Shown here: positions 28,253 through 38,583 of the stretch, in pieces
How the letters are laid out: every line of letters starts with the position of its first letter
Numbering within the stretch: position 1 is the first letter of the stretch
Assembly (NCBI GenBank): GCA_031551355.1
Contig: JAVBNT010000004.1
Span: 3,067-67,066 of the forward strand
Direction of reading: 5' to 3'
DNA: 64,000 nt
Source: Candidatus Xenobia bacterium
Lineage (GTDB): Bacteria; Vulcanimicrobiota; CADAWZ01
Notes under the pieces: generated by a model
Told to the model about the DNA's origin: nothing
The model's database searches: none
The model's input: only the letters and a program-made list of their open reading frames with translations
Position numbers and translations under genes: made by a program

Positions 28253-30043
28253 ATGGATAACGAAGAACAGATAAACGAAACACAACATCAGGCTCCGGAG
28301 CGCCCAAATGAGACCTTTTACCGCGACGAAGTAAAAAATAAATCAAAAATAAATATTCTGATTTATGCAGTGGCGTTCGTCACTGTTATGCTGGTTTTAT
28401 TTCTGGCGTTTACTTTAATGCATTCAAAGAAACAACGTTACCAGACGGTAGCTACGGTACAAACCATAATACTTCCATGGGATCCAATTGACTGGCATAC
28501 ACTCGTAAAAAATCCGCTGCTGTATAAATCAATGACCGACGACTTGCTGGAAGACGTGCCTTTCTATGAAGAATTTCTGAAAAAACCGGAATCAATTGAC
28601 GTCGCGATAGACCAGAAGTATTTTGACGATTCCCTTAAGCTGATAAAAAAACAATTTATAAGAAACGTCCCCGAGCCTGTTCTGATAGCAAGCATAAAAT
28701 CAGAACTTACAAGGATGTTCGGTGAAGCGGAGAAACTCCGAAGCGAAAATAACAGGAAAATAGACGCAAATAACAAGGAAACCGCAGAGGCGGAAGAAAG
28801 CCTGCAGCCGGAAAAGAATCCGCAGGCAGACAAAAATAAAAAGACAGCCGTAAATAATAAGGAAACCGCAGAGGCGGAAGAAAGTCTACAGCCGGAAAAG
28901 AATCCGCAGGCTGGCAAAAAATTCATACCGGATCTCAGCGGGTTGGATATAAACAAAAATTTTCTCAATGACTTAATTGCAAGATACGGACAACAAGTAG
29001 ATCAAAGAGTCTTGGCATATGCAACAATAATAGGCCTTTTCAGGGGCATAGACGATCCTTATTCATTTGTACTCGGTTCGAAAAGCCTTTCCGATATGAT
29101 GGAGCGCCTTCAGGATAAAACATTCGGCGGAATTGGCATCGTAATAGAAATGAACACGGAAAACGATAACATGCTGACTATTGTTGAACCGCTTGAAGGG
29201 ACGCCTGCATATAAAGCCGGCTTGCATCCGGGAGATGTGATCACAAAAATAGACGGAAAGCCGACAAGGAATGTCGACATATCGATATCCATGTCAAGAA
29301 TGCGCGGGAAAAAAGGCACACATGTAAAACTGGAAATCAAAAGAGGTAAGGAAGTATTAGAATTCAATATCGTAAGAGACGATATCAAAACAACCTCAAT
29401 ATCACATAAAATGCTGCCCAATCAAATAGGCTACATAAGAGTAAGACAATTCGCAACAAGTACGGTATCAGAGTTCGATGAAGCGTTAAGAAAATTGATG
29501 TATTCACTGCCCAAGTCAGGTGATAAGGAACCGGAACTCAACGGACTCATTGTCGACTTAAGAAATAACGGCGGCGGACTGCTTGACGCAGGAGTCAGCC
29601 TTTCCAGTGAATTTCTGCCTCCCAACAGTATCGTAATGAAAAAAATGGAACGGGGCAATTTCATAAGTAATTTTCTCGGCGGATCATCAAAAAAACTACC
29701 TGCGAAACAGATAGTCGTTTTAGTAAACCGTTTTTCTGCTTCCGCATCAGAAATCATGGCTGGAGCTTTAAAAGACAACCATGCAGCTATCCTGCTGGGC
29801 GAGAAAACATTCGGCAAAGGCTCAGTCCAGCAATTGTTCGAAAGAACCGACGGCTCGGCAATAAAAATGACAGTCGGCTACTTCATGTCGCCCAACGCAA
29901 CTCTGATTAACAAAAGAGGCATAGTGCCTGATTACCTGAAAAAAATGGAGCCCAGAAAAGTCGGAAAAGCAGATGATATACAATTAAAACAAGCCGAAAA
30001 ATTAATAATGGAGCTAAACCGTAAAAGTTTAAAGGAAACCTAA
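28253..30043 (+). CDS. S41 family carboxyl-terminal processing protease (PDZ + peptidase)
   Basis: DDPYS, FGGIGI, TPAYKAGL.PGD, IGYIRV, DLRNNGGG, SASASEI, GEKTFGKGSVQ, GIVPD; N-terminal TM helix. Confidence 0.93.
   Translation: MDNEEQINETQHQAPERPNETFYRDEVKNKSKINILIYAVAFVTVMLVLFLAFTLMHSKKQRYQTVATVQTIILPWDPIDWHTLVKNPLLYKSMTDDLLEDVPFYEEFLKKPESIDVAIDQKYFDDSLKLIKKQFIRNVPEPVLIASIKSELTRMFGEAEKLRSENNRKIDANNKETAEAEESLQPEKNPQADKNKKTAVNNKETAEAEESLQPEKNPQAGKKFIPDLSGLDINKNFLNDLIARYGQQVDQRVLAYATIIGLFRGIDDPYSFVLGSKSLSDMMERLQDKTFGGIGIVIEMNTENDNMLTIVEPLEGTPAYKAGLHPGDVITKIDGKPTRNVDISISMSRMRGKKGTHVKLEIKRGKEVLEFNIVRDDIKTTSISHKMLPNQIGYIRVRQFATSTVSEFDEALRKLMYSLPKSGDKEPELNGLIVDLRNNGGGLLDAGVSLSSEFLPPNSIVMKKMERGNFISNFLGGSSKKLPAKQIVVLVNRFSASASEIMAGALKDNHAAILLGEKTFGKGSVQQLFERTDGSAIKMTVGYFMSPNATLINKRGIVPDYLKKMEPRKVGKADDIQLKQAEKLIMELNRKSLKET
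28769..28911 (+). repeat. In-frame 59-bp direct repeat (period 84 bp) in the S41 protease gene
   Basis: NNKETAEAEESLQPEKNPQA is encoded twice (28769-28827 and 28853-28911) with only synonymous differences. Confidence 0.9.
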
Positions 30044-30138
30044 AAAACTGCACGAAAAATATATAACAATTGTATAAAAATAGAAAAAACGATAATCTCA
30101 CAACATCCTACCAATGTTTATCAGGAGGAATATAAATT

Positions 30139-30948
30139 ATGCATGATATTTGCCCAAGATGTAAATCAAATATGAAGACAGATTTAATAGAAGTAATGGG
30201 AATGCCCGTGAAAGGATGCAGTAAATGCGGCGGCTTCATTGCAGACTTCAGCGGTTCGGAACAGCTTCTGACAGAAGCTATCACCAAAAAAGAAGCAAAT
30301 AAGCTCGGTAAGGAAGAACTTTCCGACGACTCGCATAAAGAGCTTCTGGAATCCTGTCCCGTATGTGACGGAAAATTTGAATCGACTCCGCTCAATTTTG
30401 AATTGATCGGTGACACTGTACATTTGGATCAATGCTCCGGATGCGGCGGCATATGGTTCGACAAAGGCGAACTAAAGGAAATTTTTGATATGGCAATGAG
30501 AGAAGCCGTAGCCGTCGGCAGTTTTGGCGAAGATCTGGATCTTATGGAAGGATGCACTGATACAAAGTTTGACTGTCCCAGATGCAATTCAGAGCAGGAT
30601 GCGTCTGAAGGCGAAATACTTGATATGAATGTCACAAAGTGCAAAAAATGCCTTGGAGTCTGGGTCGCCGACGGACAACTCGACAATATGTTGGGAGACG
30701 TAAAATCATTCAAGGTCAGCGGCAAAGCAGATAAGGAAATTCACAGCTCCGACGAAGGTATAAAACCGGCGGAAGGCTATTGCCCAAAATGCCATGTTGC
30801 CCTGACAAAATGGGAAAACATGCCGGAATCTCTCAAAGATTTATATGTGGATTATTGTAATAAATGCAGCGGACTCTGGTTTGATGAAGGTGAATTCAGT
30901 TCGTTCTTCCGTATTTTCAGCGAATCACCGTTTCAAAAAGTAGAATAA
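30139..30948 (+). CDS. Protein with four zf-TFIIB-like zinc ribbons
   Basis: CPRC..CSKCGG, CPVC..CSGCGGIWFDKGEL, CPRC..CKKCLGVWVADGQL, CPKC..CNKCSGLWFDEGEF. Confidence 0.85.
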   Translation: MHDICPRCKSNMKTDLIEVMGMPVKGCSKCGGFIADFSGSEQLLTEAITKKEANKLGKEELSDDSHKELLESCPVCDGKFESTPLNFELIGDTVHLDQCSGCGGIWFDKGELKEIFDMAMREAVAVGSFGEDLDLMEGCTDTKFDCPRCNSEQDASEGEILDMNVTKCKKCLGVWVADGQLDNMLGDVKSFKVSGKADKEIHSSDEGIKPAEGYCPKCHVALTKWENMPESLKDLYVDYCNKCSGLWFDEGEFSSFFRIFSESPFQKVE

Positions 30949-31007
30949 CGCAAAATTAAGACTATACTTTTCAAAAAAAGTATGTTATAATCTACCCGCT
31001 TGATTTT

Positions 31008-31079
31008 GCCGGGGTAGCTCAGGGGTAGAGCAGCTCACTCGTAATGAGCAGGTCGTGGGTTCAATTCCCTTCCCCGGCT
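31008..31079 (+). tRNA. tRNA-Thr(CGT)
   Basis: Acceptor GCCGGGG/CCCCGGC, anticodon arm GCTCA-CTCGTAA-TGAGC, GGTTCAATTCC T-loop; CCA not encoded; TGTTATAAT upstream. Confidence 0.95.
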
Positions 31080-31087
31080 CTTGCATG

Positions 31088-31127
31088 AAAGCCTTTAGAC
31101 AAAGCGTCTAAGGGCTTTTTTTATTTT
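31088..31127 (+). terminator. Intrinsic terminator after tRNA-Thr
   Basis: AAAGCCTTTAGAC...GTCTAAGGGCTTT followed by a T-run. Confidence 0.75.
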
Positions 31128-31221
31128 GGCTTTCAGCCAACGGCCATAATGGAAACGCTGTTGCAAGCCATTTAGCAAATAGCAATGCGTGCTTTTGGGC
31201 TCGGCAAAAAACTTAAAGCAC

Positions 31222-31250
31222 TTGACATACCACTAATTAGTTGCTATTAT
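31222..31250 (+). promoter_or_regulatory. Sigma70-type promoter of the marR-pirin operon with embedded palindrome
   Basis: TTGACA-17bp-TATTAT; the spacer contains ACTAATTAGT, repeated as ATTACTAATTAGGAAT at 31396-31411. Confidence 0.65.
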
Positions 31251-31423
31251 AAATACTATATCAACAACTACTACAACACTATATTTCACAAACACTATAA
31301 TACCACATACAAAACCTAACTGAGTTGTTTTTAAGATATACCAATTTTAAGAGATGTTTCGCCCCGGCAAAAAATCTGTTTATTTTACACAATATATTAC
31401 TAATTAGGAATTAATGTGAAGAT

Positions 31424-31870
31424 ATGAAAAAACTTAAGCAAGAACTCTATGAAGCAGAGCACGTTCAGGATCTCAAGACAGTCATAGCATTGAGCAGGTC
31501 CATCAATCTCCATAACAGAGCGGCCCTGGAGGTTTTCCGAAAGTATGGACTTACCATAGCGCAGTTTGGCGTCCTGGAAGCCCTCTATCACAAGGGCCCG
31601 ATGAAAATTGGGGAAATCACCGAGAAAATTCTTTCAACCGCCGGCAATATGACGGTTGTTATCCAGAACCTGGAGCGGAACGGCCTGATCGACTGCCGCC
31701 AACATCCGATAGACCGCCGGGCGCGCCTTGTTTTCCTTACAGATCAAGGAGCTAATATCTTACAGGAGCTATTTCCTAGCTATCTGGAAGTAGTCAGGAA
31801 CGTTTTCTCTCCCCTGTCTGATGAGGAAAAACAAATTGTAACACGATTACTTAAGAAACTTATTAAATAA
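31424..31870 (+). CDS. MarR family transcriptional regulator
   Basis: GLTIAQFGVLEAL, GNMTVVIQNLERNGLI, DRRARLVFLT. Confidence 0.92.
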   Translation: MKKLKQELYEAEHVQDLKTVIALSRSINLHNRAALEVFRKYGLTIAQFGVLEALYHKGPMKIGEITEKILSTAGNMTVVIQNLERNGLIDCRQHPIDRRARLVFLTDQGANILQELFPSYLEVVRNVFSPLSDEEKQIVTRLLKKLIK

Positions 31871-31890
31871 GAATCTGCAGGAGGCACTTT

Positions 31891-32742
31891 ATGAACATGA
31901 GAGAAATCACACGGACGACCCAAGGCCGAAAGACAATGGACGGTGCCGGAGTCCACCTGATCCGGGTGCTGGGGCATGCCGACACTAGGGAGATCGACCC
32001 TTTCCTGATGCTGGATGCTTTTGATTCCGAGAATCCATCAGACTATATTGCGGGGTTTCCCATGCATCCGCATCGAGGCATTGAAACCATCACCTATTTA
32101 ATCGACGGTACTATCAAGCATAAGGACAGCCTTGGCAACGGCGGCGTCATTCATTCCGGAGAAGCGCAGTGGATGACGGCGGGGCGGGGCATTATGCACG
32201 AGGAAATGCCTCAGCCGTCACCTAAAATGTTCGGGCTGCAAATTTGGCTGAACCTTCCCGCCAGTGATAAAATGACCGCTCCCGTTTACTTTGACATTGG
32301 CAAAGACATGATTAAAGCGTCTATGATTCCTGAGGGTGAAGTCCGAGTGCTTTCAGGAGAATTCAACGGGGTGAAAGGAGTGGAACCGAGTAATATAAAG
32401 GCGACAATTCTGGATGTTTTACTGCGCCCTGATCAGAAACTGATCTTACCCTCCAACCCCGAGGAAAATATGTTCATTTACGTTATGAACGGCGAGGCCG
32501 TTTTCGGCTCGCGCTCTCCTAAAACGGTAGTCAAGCGAACCGCCGTGTTCTTCAGTGAAGGCGAAGCGCTGGCTGTACAGTCCGGCAATGCCGGGGTACG
32601 TTTCATGGTATTTTGCGCCCTCCCGCTCCGCGAGCCGATAGCCTGGATGGGACCGATAGTAATGAATACGCAAAAAGAACTGGATGAAGCTTTTGCGCAA
32701 TTACGCAGCGGAACGTTCATAACAGCGGAGAATGCCGGCTAA
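31891..32742 (+). CDS. Pirin family protein
   Basis: DPFLMLD, GFPMHPHRGIETITY, HKDSLGN, QWMTAGRGIMHEE, GPIVMN. Confidence 0.95.
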   Translation: MNMREITRTTQGRKTMDGAGVHLIRVLGHADTREIDPFLMLDAFDSENPSDYIAGFPMHPHRGIETITYLIDGTIKHKDSLGNGGVIHSGEAQWMTAGRGIMHEEMPQPSPKMFGLQIWLNLPASDKMTAPVYFDIGKDMIKASMIPEGEVRVLSGEFNGVKGVEPSNIKATILDVLLRPDQKLILPSNPEENMFIYVMNGEAVFGSRSPKTVVKRTAVFFSEGEALAVQSGNAGVRFMVFCALPLREPIAWMGPIVMNTQKELDEAFAQLRSGTFITAENAG

Positions 32743-32848
32743 CAACCATATCTTCTTATGCTGCGCCTACGCGTAATTCGCTTTTTAACTATGATGAGAG
32801 GAGTATAAAAATATTTGACACAAAAAGCTTACAAAAAAGAAAAGGAGT

Positions 32849-33547
32849 ATGAAAATGTTTGACAAAGAAAAAGTGGATAAGAACAAGTGGATGATCGATC
32901 CTGACGATGCCGTAATGCTGCTTATAGACCACCAAAGCGGTCTATTCCAACTCGTGCGCGACATGGAGCAATATGAGCTGCGGAATAACGCCGTTGCTTT
33001 GGCCAAAGTGTCGCATTTGGCCAAAATTCCCACCTTCACGACAGCGTCCGTTCCGGATGGTCCCAACGGGCCGCTGATTCCTGAAATTCATGAGGTCAAC
33101 CCGGACGCCGTATATATACCCCGCACAGGGCAGATCAACGCCTGGGATAACCCGGCATGGGTGGAGGCCATAGAGAAGACAAACCGTAAGACCCTTATTA
33201 TCGCCGGAACACTGACCAGTGTGTGCATGGCTTTCCCGGCCTTAAGTGCAGTTGAAGCCGGATACAGGGTTTTTTGCGCGGTGGACGCTTCCGGGAACTG
33301 GAGCAAAATGGCCACAGATTTGACAATCGCCCGCATTACACAGGCCGGCGCAATGCCGATAGACACCTTCGCTGTGGTGGGTGAAATTATGAGCACCTGG
33401 AACAGACCAGACGCCATGGACTTTGCCGGAATTATGGCTGAATACATTGTACCAAGAATACGCCCCCTCATGGAAAGCTATGAAAAAGCGCAAAAGGTGC
33501 AACGAGACGGCTATGAAACCAAGTTGGACAAAGCCGCCGTGAAGTAA
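32849..33547 (+). CDS. Isochorismatase/cysteine hydrolase family protein (YcaC-like)
   Basis: [38 protein letters not shown]. Confidence 0.9.
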   Translation: MKMFDKEKVDKNKWMIDPDDAVMLLIDHQSGLFQLVRDMEQYELRNNAVALAKVSHLAKIPTFTTASVPDGPNGPLIPEIHEVNPDAVYIPRTGQINAWDNPAWVEAIEKTNRKTLIIAGTLTSVCMAFPALSAVEAGYRVFCAVDASGNWSKMATDLTIARITQAGAMPIDTFAVVGEIMSTWNRPDAMDFAGIMAEYIVPRIRPLMESYEKAQKVQRDGYETKLDKAAVK

Positions 33548-33792
33548 AACCAACACTTTTCGCTTTCGGCGGGTACATAGCCGAAAGCTCTCGCGGTGAG
33601 AGCCGCAGGATGAACTCAACCGCAAACCCGGCCCGGTACCATTTGCTCAGTACCGGGCCGCCATTGTCCACAGACTGCATTGTCAAGGCCGCCACGTTCA
33701 ACTCGCGGAATTCATACAAAATTTAACATCAGGATGCCAATTATTTAGAAGGCATCTGACAACGGCCTTTTGCATCAGTCCGACAGAGCAGG

Positions 33793-34359
33793 CTAATATT
33801 GCATGTCAAATCCTTCTTTAAGCCTTATGCTGTAGATTTCACCTGCCTGTACCAATGCCGCAAGCATGTAATCCTTATTAAAGCGAACTACGGGGATTCG
33901 GTCATATGCCCTCATTCCCATATGTTTTAACGCTTCTTCCATTTTATGCAAACATTCAATCGCTCCCAGTCCCGTTCCCCCAGCGCAAGCAACCAGAAAA
34001 CAGCGTTTTCCCGCCAAATAACCATTATGAGTTGTTTCACATCTGCGGAGCCGATCAATAAACGCTTTCATACATTCTGTTATATCATGCCAATATACAG
34101 CGGAAACAAAAACTATGCCATCCGCTTTTACCAGCTTTTGATAAATCACTTCAAAATCATCTTTTATTACACAATGTCCCTGAGAGCGGCAAATTCCCCA
34201 GCCATCTCCACAGGCACGGCAATGCCCGAGGTTTTCTTTGTTCAGATGTATTTCCTCAACATTTCCATCTACTCTTTTAATTCCTGAAATAAAATTATCT
34301 TTCGCGGCGGCAGTCAATCCATCCATGTTTGGGCTAGACCAAACAAGCGCAATATTCAT
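33793..34359 (-). CDS. Flavodoxin family protein (NADPH-dependent FMN reductase / iron-sulfur flavoprotein-like)
   Basis: SSPN.DGLT, CRAC...C...C.IKDDF, ADGIVFVSAVYW, MKAFIDR; ATG at 34359 follows GGAGG. Confidence 0.87.
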   Translation of the reverse strand: MNIALVWSSPNMDGLTAAAKDNFISGIKRVDGNVEEIHLNKENLGHCRACGDGWGICRSQGHCVIKDDFEVIYQKLVKADGIVFVSAVYWHDITECMKAFIDRLRRCETTHNGYLAGKRCFLVACAGGTGLGAIECLHKMEEALKHMGMRAYDRIPVVRFNKDYMLAALVQAGEIYSIRLKEGFDMQY

Positions 34360-34702
34360 GAAGCAATCCTCCAAATCAATTCGTTCTATCCTGAAAATAA
34401 CTGGATAACAGTTTCTTTCCTGGTTTTGCCCGTACATCCTGCCAGGTACCAAACCCCGCGCGGCTAACAAAACAAAATGGTTGGACTCATACAAATAGTA
34501 TATCATTTTCTTTATTAAAGCTATGACTTCTTTATCAAAATCAACCATTTTAAGAATGGGACTGCAGCCAATGTCGGAAAAAGACTTGAAAAGCCGGTCA
34601 TTTCACAGTTGATGCAAAAAATACATCAGGACGGGTATAATTCTATCTCTAGGAAAACGGCGGATGGCCAACAGAGACAGCTCCAATCAGACAGACGAAA
34701 GA

Positions 34703-36661
34703 TTATTTTTTAGATTTAGAAATAAATTTGTCATCTTTAAATATTTCTTTTCCACTATTGCTCAGGCTGGAAACTCTACCGTGCAAGTTCTTTAAAGGCT
34801 CTTTATCAGCACTAATGGTATCTTTCAGAAAATATGGCAATGTTTGCTTTACAGGCGGCTGTCCAGACATAATTACCTGAGTTTTCGATGTAAAATCTTT
34901 TAAGACAGATGCAATAAATTCATCGGCAATGACAATAACTTTAGTATTAGGCTCTTTTCCTAATTTTTCTTTAGGTTTAGCAATATATACCTTAGAATTC
35001 CAGCTCTTCATCTGAGCGCGCATTGACTTATAATCTTTCTTATCAACCTCAATTGAAACTACTTTATGTTCAGAGGGAACAGATTGATAAACTTCTTTAA
35101 ATCTTGTTATCTGGGATTTTTGCCCTGTGGTATAAGCCTTTAGTCCATTTGTATCAAGGTTTTCACTATGCAAAAAGGCTACTGTAGGTTTATCCTGACT
35201 TACCATAGAAGTTCTCATTTTATCTACCAGCAAAGCTCCCACCTGATCTTTGGGTAATTCTTTGGCAAAGCCTGGTATTGCAGCATAAAACTCTTCAAAT
35301 TCATCCTTTTTATTTTGCAAAATAGGAGCCATGTTAGGATTGAATTTACCTTTCAATCGCTCATAAGGCATTTTACCTCCGGAACCAAGCCACTCCAAAG
35401 AGTCAGAAACTCCTGTAATGTGGCCATTTTCCACTGTCAAATTCAATTTATGGATCGTATCAGCATTAGCACCGGCATTGACAATATACGTATCCCCAAT
35501 CTTAACAGGAGTTTCAGGCTTGCTCGCACTTAAGGCACCTGAACTCCAATGATCATGCCCGCCGAAGATAACATCAATACCGAGATCCTGCTGTGCCAAT
35601 TGTTCATTGATGCTAAGCTTATCTTTTTCATTACTTTTTTTAAAATTCTCCCCGCCGTTATGAGACAGAACAAAAATAGAATCAATTAATCCGGCGGCTT
35701 TTAGCTTTTTATACTCAGCGGCCTGCTGTTTGACTTCCTCAATAAAGCTCTCCTCATTTTTAGGCCAAAAATCACTAACACATGGCAATCCGATAATAGC
35801 CACTCTGGTCTTTACAGGAGTATTATCTTTATTTAAAATGGGTTTTTCAATAATTACAGAATTAACGCCGTCCTTGCCAAGAACTTTCATCTTAGACAAG
35901 TTATTAAATTCACCCCTGACGGACTTATTCAAATTACGGTCATGGTTACCTATCACCGTTGCATCTACACCGAGAGCCTTTTCCATAAAACCTAACTGGT
36001 GTCCATAAAGCCCATACCCTTCAGGATAAGTTCCCTGAACACTATCGCCCACATCAAAAAAGAAATTAGCCTTATTAGGCCAAGGCTCAGAATTATTTAT
36101 CAAATTCACTGCTTTATAAAAGTCTGTTGGTTTTGTCGGCTTTTGAGAAGTATCAAAAAGATGTCCATGTATATCAGTTGTATACCTTACAAGCATTCCA
36201 ACCGGTCCGCCTACAAATGAGGAAGCTATGCTTAAACCGCATTTTACAGCTTGTTCCTGCAGTTGTTTCGGATTGGTTATTATACCCTTTTCTACAGATG
36301 CAACCGTCAAATTCCCCAATTTGCTTACCGAAGTCTGAAGTTCTTCAGTCGTGTATATCTTGCCAATTTCAATAGGAGTCTGTTGAGTTATTTGCGGAGT
36401 ATTAATCATTTGTGAGGATGAAAATATTGGCAAACAGGGTTGTTCGGATTTTGAAAACGTATCTACATTTTCATCTTTAGATAGAATATGACGGCGGCTT
36501 TCCAAAAGTTCCTGACGTTTTTCATTACGTAAATGCTGTAGCTCGGCCTCCCGCTTTTTATGGAGCTCATCCTGAGAAGGAAGAGATTTTACACTTTTTC
36601 TAAAAGGGAAAGAACTTCCAACACCACTTCCTATACCAGTGTTAAAAGGGTTGATATCCAT
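34703..36661 (-). CDS. Metallophosphoesterase / 5'-nucleotidase-like protein with long N-terminal extension
   Basis: TTDIHGH, DVGDSVQG, IGNHD, LSHNG, IFGGHDH; no Sec signal; visibly AT-rich coding sequence. Confidence 0.8.
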   Translation of the reverse strand: MDINPFNTGIGSGVGSSFPFRKSVKSLPSQDELHKKREAELQHLRNEKRQELLESRRHILSKDENVDTFSKSEQPCLPIFSSSQMINTPQITQQTPIEIGKIYTTEELQTSVSKLGNLTVASVEKGIITNPKQLQEQAVKCGLSIASSFVGGPVGMLVRYTTDIHGHLFDTSQKPTKPTDFYKAVNLINNSEPWPNKANFFFDVGDSVQGTYPEGYGLYGHQLGFMEKALGVDATVIGNHDRNLNKSVRGEFNNLSKMKVLGKDGVNSVIIEKPILNKDNTPVKTRVAIIGLPCVSDFWPKNEESFIEEVKQQAAEYKKLKAAGLIDSIFVLSHNGGENFKKSNEKDKLSINEQLAQQDLGIDVIFGGHDHWSSGALSASKPETPVKIGDTYIVNAGANADTIHKLNLTVENGHITGVSDSLEWLGSGGKMPYERLKGKFNPNMAPILQNKKDEFEEFYAAIPGFAKELPKDQVGALLVDKMRTSMVSQDKPTVAFLHSENLDTNGLKAYTTGQKSQITRFKEVYQSVPSEHKVVSIEVDKKDYKSMRAQMKSWNSKVYIAKPKEKLGKEPNTKVIVIADEFIASVLKDFTSKTQVIMSGQPPVKQTLPYFLKDTISADKEPLKNLHGRVSSLSNSGKEIFKDDKFISKSKK

Positions 36662-37626
36662 AAAGAACAACCTCCATCAAAAAATAAGTTTCCCCATTAA
36701 CAGTATACATCTTATTATTTACACATGGCAAGATATGCAAAGAAGAATATTTATATAAACTTGTTAAAAATATGTAACATATTAAAAAAACAGGTAAGCT
36801 CCATGCCTCCCTGTCCTGTTATCTCTTTGAGAACCAAATCTTTGATGGTTCCATTTTATTCGCTTCTTCCAAAATGCGATTGCTTTATTTAAAGAATAAA
36901 ACATCGCATCAATTATAGAAAAAGACAATATGAACGTCAGCAGAAACCCCGTATTCTTTAACAATCGTTAAGCAATATCTACGTATTATATTCATAATGT
37001 GCAACATCTTTCAAAAATAAAGAATTATAAACAAACGCCCTAATTATCATATAACGATATGATATTATGAAGTAATGTAAAGGGTTATAAAATTACAATA
37101 ACATGGAGACTCCTTATTGGGTGCTAAGTTAAAAATATCCCAGGAAAAATGTGAAGATACAGAATTTACGGTTAAACACTCAAAAAATAAATGTATTTTC
37201 ATTTCTTATTCTCAAGGCAATCATCAAAAAGACAAAATTTATAATCATAACTCTTTGGCCGTTATGCTGGGTTTCTCCACGCGCAGGCAGAGATCTGCGC
37301 CGACAGTTCTTTACTTTTACAGTAGTTGAGTCAATGCGGATTTTTTGATGTTACTATAGGAGACAGGAGAGACAGACCCGCAAAAAGAATTAGGTTATGG
37401 CTACTCTTATTTCAAAATCACACTTTTACGTATAATCTCAGATTATAAATCAGACATAGCAGATTATTTTGCCAAAGAAAAATATTCCAGGTCTACATCT
37501 TGAAAAGGAATAGAGTGGCCTCCCTGATAAAGATACCACTCTATATTGCTTCCTTGGATTGTAATTATTTTTTTATCGCAAAATAAAAAATTGAAAATAT
37601 TTATGCTGACAAAGCGAGAAAAATAT

Positions 37627-38583
37627 ATGCCAGATGCCTGCTTGCCACTACTGTCTATCGTTGTTCCCTGTTACAATGAAGAAGATGCAATACCTGTTTT
37701 TTTAGATAAAATAACGATTGTCTTATCCAATATGGAAAGCGTTGATTATGAGTTGTTATTTATTGATGACGGCTCCGGTGACGCAACACTGTCTGTTTTA
37801 CGAAAACTTGTTGAAAGCCATTCTAATATGCGCTATATTTCATTCTCCCGCAATTTCGGCAAAGAAGCTGCTATGCTGGCAGGTTTGGAAGCTGCGGCAG
37901 GAGACTTTGTCGCCGTGATGGATGTTGACTTGCAAGATCCGCCGGAATTATTGCCTAAAATGTACGAGGCCATTATAAAAGAAGGCTTTGACTGCATTGC
38001 AACACGCAGAGATACGCGTAAAGGCGAACCCCCGATTCGCTCTTTTTTTGCAAAAGTCTTTTATTACTTAATCAACAAAATATCAAAAACTAAAATCGTT
38101 GAGGGTGCCCGTGATTACAGGATGATGACCAGACAAGTAGTGGATGCTATTTTAAGCTTAAAGGAATATCATCGTTTTTCAAAAGGAATATTTGAATGGA
38201 TTGGATTTAAGACAAAATATATATCATATGAAAACTTTCCACGCGCCGCAGGAGCCACAAAATGGAATTTTTGGAAATTATTTTTGTATGCAATAGACGG
38301 CATTATCGGATTTTCAGATGCTCCTCTTGCAGTTGCGTCTGTAATGGGCATGCTGTTTTGTTTTCTCTCCTTTTTGTGGCTTATATTCATAATCGTTAGG
38401 TGGATGCTATTAGGCGATCATGTGGCCGGCTGGACTTCCACCATTTGCGTCATTGTCTTCTCAAGCGGGGTTCAGCTTGTTTGCACAGGGATAATGGGAC
38501 AATATTTAGCAAAAAACTATTTAGAATCCAAGCACCGTCCGATTTATATAATAAAAGAGAAGATTCATCGTAAACAGCAATAA
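37627..38583 (+). CDS. GT2 polyprenol-phosphate glycosyltransferase (GtrB/YkoT-like)
   Basis: SIVVPCYNEE, IDDGS.D, SFSRNFGKEAA, MDVDLQDPP, two C-terminal TM helices, E.K.RP.YII. Confidence 0.92.
   Translation: MPDACLPLLSIVVPCYNEEDAIPVFLDKITIVLSNMESVDYELLFIDDGSGDATLSVLRKLVESHSNMRYISFSRNFGKEAAMLAGLEAAAGDFVAVMDVDLQDPPELLPKMYEAIIKEGFDCIATRRDTRKGEPPIRSFFAKVFYYLINKISKTKIVEGARDYRMMTRQVVDAILSLKEYHRFSKGIFEWIGFKTKYISYENFPRAAGATKWNFWKLFLYAIDGIIGFSDAPLAVASVMGMLFCFLSFLWLIFIIVRWMLLGDHVAGWTSTICVIVFSSGVQLVCTGIMGQYLAKNYLESKHRPIYIIKEKIHRKQQ

Noticed and set aside
33468-33719. 83-aa minus-strand ORF after the cysteine hydrolase
   Set aside because: It overlaps the hydrolase 3' end and a GC hairpin and I cannot assign a family; it may be a gene remnant, but this is unsupported
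36782-37348. Short ORFs as a gtrA/gtrC pseudogene or toxin-antitoxin pair
   Set aside because: AT-rich fragments without recognisable motifs, so no call can be supported
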